From NCBI GenBank assembly GCA_016748015.1, contig JAAOMT010000620.1, forward strand, positions 98,940 through 162,939: DNA of 64,000 bases, read 5' to 3'. Origin of the DNA: Geosiphon pyriformis uo1 (taxonomy: Eukaryota; Fungi; Glomeromycota). Under the pieces are notes generated by a model that saw only the letters and a list, made by a program, of their open reading frames with translations, was not told the DNA's origin and did no database searches. The first letter of the stretch is position 1. Every line of letters starts with the position of its first letter. The position numbers were made by a program, and so were the translations under genes. Below are positions 27,901-40,195 of this stretch, in pieces.

Positions 27901-28575
27901 TGCAGTTTTATGCTTAATATGTGATAATATTGAACTATCTGACTATGTTTTTATTTGTTCAAAAGAAACTAGAACATATTCTAAAATTTTACTGAATTAT
28001 ATTGATTTGTAAAAGTTTTTGGCAGTTAAATACTTTCTGCTATTGTTTTCAGTATTACATACTTTTTTTTTTAAAATATCAAATATTGGTATTTATATAA
28101 CTTTGTGCAAAAATTTTGTTTTTAAGGATTGAACAGATAAGGTAATCTCAATTTTTAATAACAGAAAAAGAGCTGTATTAGTAGTAGTTAATTTTGTTTG
28201 ATGTTTAACTAAAAAGTATTAAAGTAAGTTGTGATTGTTGAGAACAAAATTTAAGATAAATATAGAAAAGAATAGCCTAATTGGTAATATAAAAATGATT
28301 TCTGCTATTTTTAGTAGTGTATTTAGTTGTTTGTTAACAGAAATTGTTTATTTGTTTGGTATTATTGAGTTTTTTGCTATAAGTTTTAGTTTGTATAAAA
28401 CTTGTTATTTTTTTTTAGATATTTATGATGATTTAAGAGTATATATAAGTGCATAATATTGTTTTGATTGGTCTAAGTAATTGGTTATATATAGTAAATA
28501 CATAAGTTATATTTGGTTAAATTCACTTTGTTTATTTTTGTATACTATATAGTAGTTAGACTGTACTTATAAAAT
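21960..28575 (+). mobile_element. Full-length, heavily transition-mutated LINE (ORF1 + APE-RT-RNase H ORF2) pseudo-element
   Basis: Colinear with the minus-strand LINE. LV*IFVTYNV*DINV (~23780) vs LVWKFATCNVRGINV; SKFFGLELLVAKIIK vs SRFFGLELLVAKIVK; VFIDNTI* vs TFVDDTIW; VYINRSL vs VFTDGSL. Shared 3' terminal motif followed by an A-rich tail at ~28570. Confidence 0.9.
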
Positions 28576-28995
28576 AAAATAAAAAGTAATTATAAACATA
28601 AATTATATATTTTTAATATATACTTAATTTTTTAAAACAATAAATTTTATATATATTAAAAAAATTTTATTATGCCTTAAAAATTGTAATTTAATTACTA
28701 TTTCAATCATATATTAATTAAATTAATATTATATTTATAATAATATTAGTTAAAATATTAATTATTAATATTTTTACAATTTTAAAATAATTTTTAATTT
28801 TTTTTTTAATAAAATACATTATAAAAAATTGTATACTTATTTGTAATAATACTTAATATATAATAAATTATTAACCATTTAATGAGTGCAGCCCAATCGC
28901 TATCTAGTACATAGAACCAAATTAAGAGGCTCAAACTAAACGTGACTCACACACTTTCTACATGTGGCTAGCCACTCAGGCCAGACAAGGCAACA

Positions 28996-31900
28996 CTACA
29001 CATCTATAACTATCCGCGCACTGCCACCCAAACCAGAAAAGAAACAATAAGGTTTCTGATGACCAAAGCTAACAGCAAAGGAATCGGCCAAACCAAGCAA
29101 TCTCACAACACCGTCAGACAAAACCAAAGACACACCACAAGGGAGCCCAGAAACAACGCCAACGTCACAGACCAAACCAGCCTTCTCCATCACCACCCAG
29201 TGGCTGGCTCTAGACAACCATACTCTAGCACAATGTAATCCAACAACGAACCTGACATAATCAACAATTCGAGCAGTGGCCACCTTTTTTTCCTCAAAAA
29301 CATCGCAAGCCTCCTTATACCACTCCTCCAGCACAAACCCCTTGCACACCAAAGTGTACAGCCCAACATCACTGGAACATTGAGATAAAACCCACAACAC
29401 AGCAGAAGCAGGGGAACCACCAGCCAGAGCTGACCAACGGGCAGAAGCTTCCACCAAAATCTCACCATGAATGCCAGACTCATGAACACAAGTAAAAACG
29501 TGGTCAGAGAACTCCATCTCATCGCAAAACAAACACAACACACTAGGGTAGCACTTATCATACAATCTCTTCCTTACAGCCACCAGCAACCTCCTGTGCA
29601 CAGCCTTTATAATATAAGTGCGAAGCGTTGAGGATGCGCGGCTAGTGAACCCAGCAAGCATATGAGAATCAGGATGCCACACCTTTGCCGTGACAACCCA
29701 GTCTATGCAACCAATCATCGCATCCGGAACAACATCACAGCCAGCCCCAGCTTCCCAACGAGCACAACAAATCGATCGAAAAATATTCCTTACAAAATGA
29801 TGGGCATTACCAGAAACAGTGATACCCTCAGCAACCAAAAAATGTTCACGCACATCGGCACAAAGGGAAAAGGGAGACCCAGAAGCAGTCCCAGCAGCCA
29901 AGTTAGCTCTTACATTACCAGGAATCCCAGAGTGGTCTTTTACCTTAACCCAACTCACACTAAGATCCTTATCCCTGACCAAATTGAAAATATGACGCCT
30001 TTCCAGCCAGCATTGATTACGGAAATCAGGGGCAACCAAAGACATTTCAGACACACATGCATCAATGACAGCCTGGCTGTCAAGACATAACACCACAGTA
30101 CTTGAAGAAGGAACACACTCCAAAGCCAAAGCGACAGCCTGTAACTCGGCCATAATAGATGACACAAGACCACGAACAGTGACACCAATACTCTTATCCA
30201 AGACTGGAAAGTATGCAGCAGCACCACAGACGACTTCAGCAGAGCCTGCATTCCTCAAAGACCCATCCGTGAAAACTTCAAAAAAGTCTGACCAAATGTT
30301 ATGCAATCCATCTTTAACTGCAGAAAATTCCCCAGACCCCAAAATATCCAAACCAAGCTTGTCCGCAGAGCCAACAGAACCAGAAAATGAGTACCCCTGA
30401 CCCTTCAAAAACTCAGAAGAAACCACGAACCAGTGAGGCACAGGGCCACGTGGATCCAACTTCTTCCAACGACGAAAAGTTTTCCAATCCAACAAAACAC
30501 CTTTCTTATCAAAAAGCTGATCACCAAAAGCGACACCAAAATGTTTAAGAGATTTGACCGAATCAAAATACAGAGACTTTCCAAAACAGAGGACAACGGA
30601 AACTGACCAGGACTATGAAATGCAGTGGGGAGGTTGTTCACCAAAGTAAGCACATTGCCCAGAAAGATCTTTACCATCCCAGCCAAAAAATTGTTCACCG
30701 GACTAACACGCAACCTGACCGGAAACTGCAAAGGATCCAAAGGAGCCCAACCAAGAACCTGTAGGTCCAAAAACCTATGTCTAAACAAGCACCCAAGAAT
30801 GCCAGAGGCATTAGAGAATGTCATCAAAGCAGCAACCTTCCCTTCTGACTGCACCTGCTCAAAAGGCTTTAGGCCATACAATGAGGGATGATGCAAAGCA
30901 GCATCAGGAAAATCGCGGGGGAGACAAGCCTTGAACCTAAGACCTTTTCTAACCAAAGCATCCCACTTGCGGCAAACATTAGATGAGACAAAACTGAACT
31001 GAGTATGATAGTCAACAATAGGCTGCAAAACAGCCGACACCAGATAGAAGAATTGTTTATCTGTAATAGTCTTCCTAAGCACAACATTGATGAAGAAACG
31101 TACATCCGCATGAGCCTTGGCAACACTCGGCTTGGAGAGCCCTTCAGTCGACAAAAAAATACCCAGATATCGATGTGCTTCCCCTTTCTTGGCAATAGAA
31201 ATAGGCTGACCACAAATGTTCAGTGAAGCAACTTTAACGCCCCGATTGATGGGAATAGCTACCGTCTTCTCACTATTTATAGAAATATCATTGAGCACAA
31301 AAAATTCACTGGCAATGTTCAAAGCATATTGAGTAGAAGCCTGACAATTTCCAACCCAGATTGTATCATCGACAAACGTGCCAGCTGCAAAATACGATGT
31401 CAAACCACCACCGCCCTCAATTCTGCCAGATTTGGAAACAAACTTAGTATCAATCCAGTACCCACACAATTGTTTGTGCCTTTTAACCTCACACAAAAGC
31501 GGATCGTAAAAAATTCTCCAAAGAAGCAGTGAAAAGACCTCACCCTGGTCCAGCCTATCATGCACCTTATAACCACCAGACAAACTAAAGTCAGTCATCA
31601 CCCTATTAACTCTATCCTCATGAATACCACCAAAAAACCTTATGAACCTCTCACACATCTTGACATGCCGCAAACTAGCTCTTAAATGGTGCCACTCAAC
31701 TGAATCGTAAGCTTTCTGCATATCTTGCAAGACCAACCACAACTCCCTATCCTTCTCAATGGCATCCTCAATTACCGAACTGACAGTGAACACCAGAGAT
31801 TGTGTTGACGTACCCTTCAGCACCGAAAAGTTGTCACCCTGAAGAACATTGAACTTGCTACAAGCCATTGAAATATGGTCAGACAGAATCTTGGAAAGAA

Positions 31901-33680
31901 TCTTCCTGGCAGTCTTAATCAAAGTAATGGGCCGAGTGTTCGTAAGAACTCCATCCCAGTCATAAGGCTTAGGAATTATTGACACCCAAGCCCTCTTCCA
32001 CAAAACAGGCACCACACCATCAGACAAACATTTATTAAACAGTGCCAACAGGCACCCCAAAACCACCTCATCACCATGTTTCCATAACTCATTAGGAACA
32101 CCAGACAAACCAGCAGCCTTGCCATCAGGAAGACCACCAACAACAGAAAGTAACTCGCTCATACCAATTGTACTCATAACACCCGAAAAAGCATCATCTC
32201 GAACATAGTCCAAAGGTGCGTACTGATGAACCCAAAGACCAGGAAACACCGACTGTACAGAGCGTTTCCTCGTCCACCCCTCCATTATTCTATCCACACT
32301 GGACTTCACCTCTTCAGGCAACAAAACCAGATCATCATCAACTATTAAGTGATCCAACACGACCTTGCAAAAAGACTTTTCCAACACACTCCTGATCATA
32401 CTACCCTTATCTGAACAGAAATTATCCATGCGCTTCTCAATTGCCTTCCTAACCAAAGCTTCCTCAGCCAATCTTGACTCAAACATCTTCGACCTCCTGT
32501 AATCTCTGCGAACCAATGACAAATGTCTAACAACAACATCAGATTTAACACCTGAGCCAACCAAGTCCTTGAAAGCACGAGCCTTCGCGTCATCCAGAGT
32601 CAACCATTTACTCACAAGACGATCAGCGCCCAGCAAGTCACCAGAACAAATTTTCTTGACAATCTTGGCCACCAACAATTCCAAACCAAAAAACCTAGAA
32701 GAATGTTTGTTTCTCGAACACTTGAACTCACTAAACCAATGCCTCGAAAATGTCACATCAGCAGAATCCACCACAGCTCCCACCAAAACTGCCCACATAG
32801 CATCCACATCACCACGTATTTCGGCACCAGAGAACACCTCACCCAAGGACAAAAGTTTAGCTGACGAGAGATCCTTAAACTTAGCCCAACCAACACAGTC
32901 AGCATTCTTGATTTTGAACTTCCAACGATTCTTATTCGCCTGCTTATGCAAACTGTTCAATTGTACATCTAGAAGCCCACCCAAACCAACTGAAACTACA
33001 ACAGCCTTGTGATCAGTGTCAAAGAAATCTGAAACAGAGACAACTTGATGGCCAGCAACAGCAGTAGCCAAATTACCACCAACAAAAATGTAATCAATTG
33101 TTTTCCCAACCCCTCTCGAATTGCCCCATGTATAAGAATTAGCCAAATAATGACCAACAAATGAATTGACCAAACCTAAACTCAAACAAAACTTGAAACT
33201 AGCACTCCTACCAGATCCATTCTCATTAAAGTCCCCACCCAAGACAACAAAATTGCTGGAGTTGACTGCCTTTGCAATGAGGGTGTTAACTTCAGAAGTC
33301 TGACCAAATCTAGCCTCAGAGGAGGCACCAGCATACAACCCCAAAACAGTAACCGAGAGCTTGCCCTTAAACAGAAGCCAAACAGAAATAACCTGACCAG
33401 GAATCTCCTCCACCTTAGATACATGATGGGCCAAAGAAGTGGTCATAACAATCGCAACCCCAGCACCTATGAAACCCTTATCCAAGCCAGAAGAAAATAT
33501 TCGCACACCATCAAATTTATCTTTTAACCATGGCCCAGAAGAAAACCTCAACTTAGTCTCAGTAATAAAAGAAACCATATTTCTTGAGCTCACATGCCAA
33601 CGAACAACATCCACTTGCTTCGTGGGAACATTGATACCCCGAACGTTGCATGTAGCAAATTTCCAAACCAAACTACTCAT
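28996..33680 (-). pseudogene. LINE ORF2: AP endonuclease, reverse transcriptase, RNase H, C-terminal Zn motif; 1-nt frameshift at ~30580
   Basis: APE motifs CNVRGIN, TETK, GDFN, IDYIF, TDH; RT motifs NTRPITL, QDMQKAYD, QGE, FVDD, YLG; RNase H motifs FTDGS, AELQA, LDSQ, HSGIPGN; CLFC...HVFTC. The downstream frame resumes KSLYFDSVKSLKHFG...LDWKTF. Confidence 0.92.
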
Positions 33681-35632
33681 TGAGATGAAGGAAAGACCAA
33701 CGAACCCAATCCAGAACGCAGATGATCCAATCTATCTAAGACCAAACGAACTGAAGCCTTAAGAGCCATCATATTTGACTCCAAACTGCCAATCTTGGCA
33801 GTCAAAACCTTAGAACTGCTCGGACTGAAATCAACAACCGACCCACCAACATTGGAAGAAGAAGAAACAGATGACAACAACTTGCTATCCAAATTCAAAC
33901 CTGAGTCTATATTTGAAACAATGGCAGTTGGAGACACCAAAGGAAGAGCTGAGGGAGAAGGCGCCAAAGGCACCAAGTCAACGAAACTTAATTTCTTTAA
34001 AATGAGTGAGACTTGGTCCGCGAGAATTTCCACGGAGCGTTCCAGCACAGCTAGGTGACCACCTAGATCAGCGGCACCAGACGAGAAGGAATCCATTGAG
34101 AAAGTCTTCGAACCAGAGACCAAACCGACACCAGGAGCACCCGAAGAGACAACACGAGGAGGAGAACGGCCTGCCACTTGGGCCCATGTCTTTCCACCAA
34201 AAGAAACTGGATGAGCGACAGGGGCCGACTTCCTCTTATATATCCCAGCTAGACGAACCCGATCCTGCTCAGAAACTACCCTCTTTCCTCGAACACCAGA
34301 ATACACACCCAAGGAACAGTTGACCGAAACATGACCGAATTGTTTACAACGAGCACAACTGGCCAAAAAAAGACCAGCCCAATGCAAACTCACATTTCTG
34401 AAAACTGGAATGGTACCAATAGCAGCCAACTTGGATGCCTCATCACCAAAACAAATTACAGCACATCTATCACGAACATATGAATTAGGGTTACGGCCGA
34501 TATAACAAGTCTTCCCACCATATAATTCCAACAAACTGGAGAGATCATGAGCATTGGTGCCAACTGGAAGAGTATATAGCAAAACCCGATGCTGATCCCT
34601 TGATACCCATGTTTGTTTATCAACATTTGCTTTTGCCACGCGGACAGAATCCTTTCCCATGAGCACAGACCATCTAGCTGCGACCAAATCAGCCATCTCA
34701 GATGTTTCATATTCCACCAGAGCCTTTTGCCAAAGACCAATTAGCTGCACTTTAATTGAAACAATCTTGCCAAACTTGGAGAACACTGCCTCAATTGCCA
34801 ATTTGGGAAGATCTACTGGGATTTTCTTGATGATTACCTCCCGATCTGAATGGCTGTTTACTTTTCTTAGATCATCATTTACCAATATTTTTTCACTGAT
34901 TGCCATTTCTCTCGCCTTAAACAAACTTTTTTCAGATGTAAATAATAATCTTATTATTCCAAGAAATTTTGAGGGAGTTGAAGCCCCCCCAAAACCATCA
35001 ACCTGATAAAAAATTTTTTTCACACAAACCAACTTATCACCAGTAGTCTTGCCAGGAACGGCAGATAGCTCAATATCCAATGCAAATGATTTCGACGAAA
35101 TAAAACTCCATTTCTCTGGAGCACGTGACCCAACTGGAGGAAGGCGATTGGACCCACAAAATTTTGGACTCGGAAGAGGCAGAGTGTCTTCACCATCACT
35201 TAGCACGTTGAAAGAGAGAGGTGGCAGCTTACTGTTCAGAACATAGGTGCGAGTACGCGTCTTCCTAAGCGTGGCATCATTCATGTCGTCATCCAAACCT
35301 GAAACATCCGACTCTGCATAGCTAGTTTTCTCAGCAACAACATTTTCCAAGTTATCCAAGTCCGAAATGCCACTTACGCTGTCCACTTCACTGTTGACCT
35401 CGCTAGCCCACAATCACCCAATATTAGGTCTGTCACCACTTTCATCCATAATGTTCGAAACACCAGCAGACGACTCAACCAAACCATCAACTGCCATAGG
35501 TTTCTTCGGCTTCTTATAGGATGCACCGCAAGATTGAGGACCAACCAAATGCTTATTTTTGACACCAGACTGGGTCCCCAACCCAGCCGAAACAGACCCA
35601 GAACCACCAGCAGCAATGCCCACCAGTTCCAT
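33677..35632 (-). pseudogene. LINE ORF1 (gag-like; RRM-like segment and CCHC knuckle), premature TGA at 35414-35416
   Basis: ORFs 35414..35638 and 33677..35413 are in frame; motifs KIPVDLPKLAIEAVFSKFGKI and CARCKQFGHVSVNC; coiled-coil-like C-terminus. Confidence 0.85.
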
Positions 35633-35760
35633 AGCCACAAAAAGAGGAATGTCTGAAGAAATAACTGGAGAGAGATGAAAAGGAAAGGGAAAAAGAAGGC
35701 TATTTCAATGACGACTCAAAGCTCTCGTTGTGACCAAGGGATCAACGAAAGAAAGAGTTT

Positions 35761-37116
35761 TTTTAATTATATAATAAAAAAACTTCAATTAAAATATATT
35801 AAGTTTAAATTTATTAGTTATAAATAATTGGTTTGCAAAATCTTACATAAAAGTTATTAATTATTGTAAATAAAAAATAGAAAAATAATAATAATATAAA
35901 TTAGTTAATTAAATATTAAAATTATAAATAATATAATAGCAAAAATTTCAAAAATATTAAAAAAAATTCTAAATACTAAAAAATACTAAAAAAATAAAAA
36001 TAACTAAAATACAAAGATATTTTTAAATTATTAAAAATAAATATATCATTAATTAAAAAAATTTAACAATTAAATAATTAAAAATTATTTTAATTTTTGA
36101 GATAAAATACTTTTTATTTTAAATAAAATTGTATTTTAAACTTTATAAATTCAAAATTTTATTATTTATTTATGATATTTATTTATATTATTATTTAATA
36201 ACAACATAATTTTATTATATTATTTTGAATTAATAGCTTTTAATTATATTTATTAATAAAATACTATTTTTTTATTTTTTTTGCTTTGTTAAATTAATTT
36301 GTTAAAAAAATTAATGTTAAAAATATTAAATAATTTAATAAAAATATATTATAAGTATAAAATTAGCTTATTAAAATTTAATTGCTTATTAAAAAAATAA
36401 AAAACACCAAAATAAAACTGTTAAAAAATACAAAAAAAATTAGATATTAATTTGTTAAATATTATTATATAATTTAATTTTTGTCTTTTTATACAAAAAA
36501 CTTTATATAAAAACATTAAAATTTATAAAAATATTCAGATATATTATATATATAATAATATTAAATTACAAAAAGTTATGTAAAAAAACTACTTATAATA
36601 TTCTATAATTTTAAATAATTAAGTATATTTTGTATAATATATAAAAAATAAATTAAAATTACAATATTAATTTAAATCAAAATAATGTATATATATATAT
36701 TATAAAATTTATAATATATTAATATGATAAAACTAGTCTTAAATTTAAAACACTAAATATTTATTATATAATTAATTAGGAATATTATTTTAATTACTTA
36801 TTTAATTTCATATAATATGTTATTTTATGATGCTTTTAAAAAAAAATTTTTTTTAATTTAATTTATTATTAATAAAAAACAAGTTTAAATTAAACATATT
36901 AAAATAATTAATTTTTTAATCAATAGAATCACAATTTTTTTATAAAAACTTTTTTATAGATAAGATATAAAATAGAAAAAATTTTCTTAACATATTTAAA
37001 ATTTTTATGTATCTGTTTAAATTTAGTTTAAAGAGAAAAACTGAAAAAGTTAATAAAAACAAAGAAATTAATGTTTTAGTATATTATCATTATTATCACA
37101 CAAAACCTAAATTGTG

Positions 37117-37156
<40 letters not shown>

Positions 37157-37200
37157 GTTGTTGCTGTTTTATAAATAAATAAATTAAACTACTTATTTAG
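35761..37200. other. AT desert (decayed repeat) flanking the LINE
   Basis: Almost no G/C; similar composition at 28580-28878 on the other side suggests the LINE inserted into older relic DNA. Confidence 0.35.
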
Positions 37201-38759
37201 ACAAAAAGACAAAAAAATAATAGAAAAACTTTGTTTGGCATTTTTATATATTATAATAGCTATTTAAATTTTGTTTATAGTTAAATCTGTTTTGTAGCAA
37301 ATCACAGTCTAATAAATAAGATTAAGAAATAGATTAATTTGTTATACTATGTAAACATAGAAAAAACAATATAAATAAATAAGAATACACTTTTAGATAA
37401 ATAATTTTCTAAATATACTATTAAAAAAAAACTTTTTGAATAATAATAATAATACTTATTCATATTTTATTCTTCTATATATATATATATATATATATCT
37501 TTTGTTTTTATCTACATCATGGAAAACAAAAAAATTAATAGATATTATCTAGATACTCATGATTATAATAAGTGTGAATTTTATTAAAAGATTATTAAAA
37601 TAATAATAATTATAATTATTGTAGTATATACAGTGAATTCTCTTTATAGTCTTTTTGGTTATAGTTACTATCTTCTTATAATTACATTTTTTTAAAAACC
37701 AAAACCATTTATATATAATATTATCTTCTTATAGTCACTTTTACTATATATATCTTCTTATAGTCCCTATTTTCACAAATATGATAGCAGAATATAAGTA
37801 ATTTCCACTCTCTATAGTCACACTATAATCATATAATATTAGATATAAACATCAGATGTCATCTTAAATTTAATCAGACATGTACAGTCAGGGAGATTTC
37901 CCAATTTGTCAATAGAAATTATTCTTTTTATGGTAGTAAAAAAAATTAGAGAAGTTTCTAGAAATGATTGTAGAACACTAAACAAAATTTCTCAAATATT
38001 ATAACATTCAATTACTTTTTTTTTTTATAAGCTGCCACTGCCATCAGAAGACAATAATAGAACTATTATATCTGACTTGTTGTTTGCAGATATTATAAGA
38101 ATTTTAAATATAATTGACATATGGTACAGTACTGCTGCTCTTGGTGCTTTGGAAACTGATGGTGTTTCAGAAGCTAGTAGTGCTTTGAAGGCTGTTGCTA
38201 CAAGTATTAATAAAGTTACTTTGAATCAAACTTTGGTTAACAAGATTACTTTTTCTCCATATTGGGAGAAGGAATTAACAGATCTACAAGCAAGAATAAT
38301 GGCCCAATGGGATCCTCTGGAAACAAGTTTGTTAATGAGACATTGCTTGAGCAAATCAACTGAGAATGGAGTTTGAATTTACCTTTCCTTAGGAAAAAAT
38401 GTGACCAGTAATAAAACTCAGAGCATGAGAATTCTAATATATACCCAATAAATATATTTTTACACCAATTTTGACATCTGTAATTAAAAAAGAGCTCCAT
38501 ATTAGCAATCATATTCATCATTTGACCAATATTTAGTATTAGTGAGTGAAAGTTTGACTGATAGTTTTAAAGATATATTAAAAATCAACTTTTTTGGGGC
38601 AAATAAATCCGTGTTGAATGCTTTTCATAATCCAGATATAATCATACAGAATGAAGATTCGGACCTAGACTCAACATATCATGTTTTAAAAATGCCAATT
38701 ATAAATAATAATACATCCAACCCAAGGTAAACAAAACTGTACACAATACAATATATTTC

Positions 38760-39780
38760 TAACTTCTTAAAAGATATTTATTAGGCTGTTACATGATTAA
38801 CTTGATAAGCTTTGAAAACATAATCACTTAAAAGAGGTATTAGAGAGTTAATAATAGATAATAGTTGTGATTTTATTAACAAATTTATATTTTTTGATGA
38901 TCTGCTTTTTTACTTGTTACTGGAATTGGTTTCCAAGTATCTAACAATGTTTTCTTAATTCACCTTGTTTTAAGAAAATCTATTCTTTTCATCCATGCAA
39001 TTTCACTGAATTTTTTTATTTCTTTGCTTAATATATATTCATGGCCAATATCACAAAAAACACAATTAAAGACATTTGGATTTACAAACTGTGTTTTTTT
39101 TATCTGAACTCAAAATCAATTTGATTCAGCAATAAAGCTAGGATGTGTACAAAACCTATATATTTCATTTTTAGAATATTTGATAACATTAAAGAGATTA
39201 GTATGCAATCTTTTAAATTTGATACAGTTATGCACTACAATTTTCTAATGCCATTGTGAAGGTGTAGAAAGAATTAATGATTTGAGTGTTTTGTTAATTT
39301 CTTCAAGTATTGCATCATGGTCTTGATGTTGATTTAAAAGTTTAGATCAAGAAATTACAACTTTTTTTTGAATCAGCTTGCAAACTTCAGGCTTCAATCG
39401 TAGCCATTATTCTTCATTAGCAATTTCAATTAATTGGTAAATAGGATGACACTAAGCAGACCAAATTGGTGCAAACATTTGTCTAGCCATGAGTCTTAAT
39501 AAAAATCTATTAAAATAAACTCCAGTGTGAAAGTTAATAATTGCTTGTAAATAAAAAAAGACTTGTTCATACTTTAATCTGAACATGGAATCTGTTTTAT
39601 TTTGGGCCCATTCTAAGTAACCTTCAACAGATGAATTTTCCTTAGAAACAACATATAGCCACATTAATTTAGAAGTCATTGCATGCCTATATATATTACA
39701 TATTAAATCCCACGACTTATGATAATTAGGACATTTTTTAAAAAACTGCAGTTGACTTTCACTCTGATATCCCTGATATT
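38760..39780 (-). pseudogene. Degenerate fragment of an unidentified, probably transposon-related ORF inside the pogo element
   Basis: Protein-like stretch LKYEQVFFYLQAIINFHTGV...FAPIWSA continues past stops into HPIYQLIEIA and HQDHDAILEEINKTLKSLI. Confidence 0.4.
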
Positions 39781-39817
39781 GTACAAAGTATTTTATATTG
39801 ATATTCCAATTGATATA

Positions 39818-40027
39818 GGCATTGCTATATTTGGAGGACTTGACAACATAACATTGTGCTATCTTCTACATGATTATACAAGTATGCGGAGGATCAAATT
39901 GACAGCCTTTATTATTGATCATCAGTTGGGAATAAGAGGCAAAAAGTGTCACAGATGTATTATCGAAATTAGGTTTCTTTTTACTAAGAATCTGTCATTT
40001 GCACTTAAAATCCTACAGTTGGATTAA
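39818..40027 (+). pseudogene. Captured fragment of a PP-loop ATPase (TilS / tRNA(Ile)-lysidine synthase-like) gene
   Basis: GIAIFGGLDNITLCYLL...KLTAFIIDHQL reverts to GIA(V/I)SGGPDSMALCYLL...AFIVDHQL using only T>C/A>G reversions. It is preceded by an AG acceptor-like site and followed in another frame by EAKSVTDVLSKL. Confidence 0.65.
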
Positions 40028-40195
40028 AACCTTCATTTTTATAATTTGGCTGCTTTTTAAAATTTGAGGCACCTTATATGACATGAGACACCTTACATGT
40101 CTAATTAAATATAAAGCAAAATGACGTTTGAGACATAACAAATACATCAATGCATTATAAAAGCAAAATGCAATAAAAAGTATATTCTTATTAAC

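Larger units (their letters stand above)
28879..35760 (-). mobile_element. Near-intact non-LTR retrotransposon (LINE) with RNase H
   Basis: Sharp GC-rich block with a pyrimidine-rich 5' UTR, ORF1, ORF2 and a short 3' UTR; no LTRs; carries one nonsense codon and one frameshift. Confidence 0.95.

Noticed and set aside
29190-35246. Numerous alternative-frame and antisense ORFs within the LINE
   Set aside because: Expected shadows of a long GC-rich coding region; no independent motifs.
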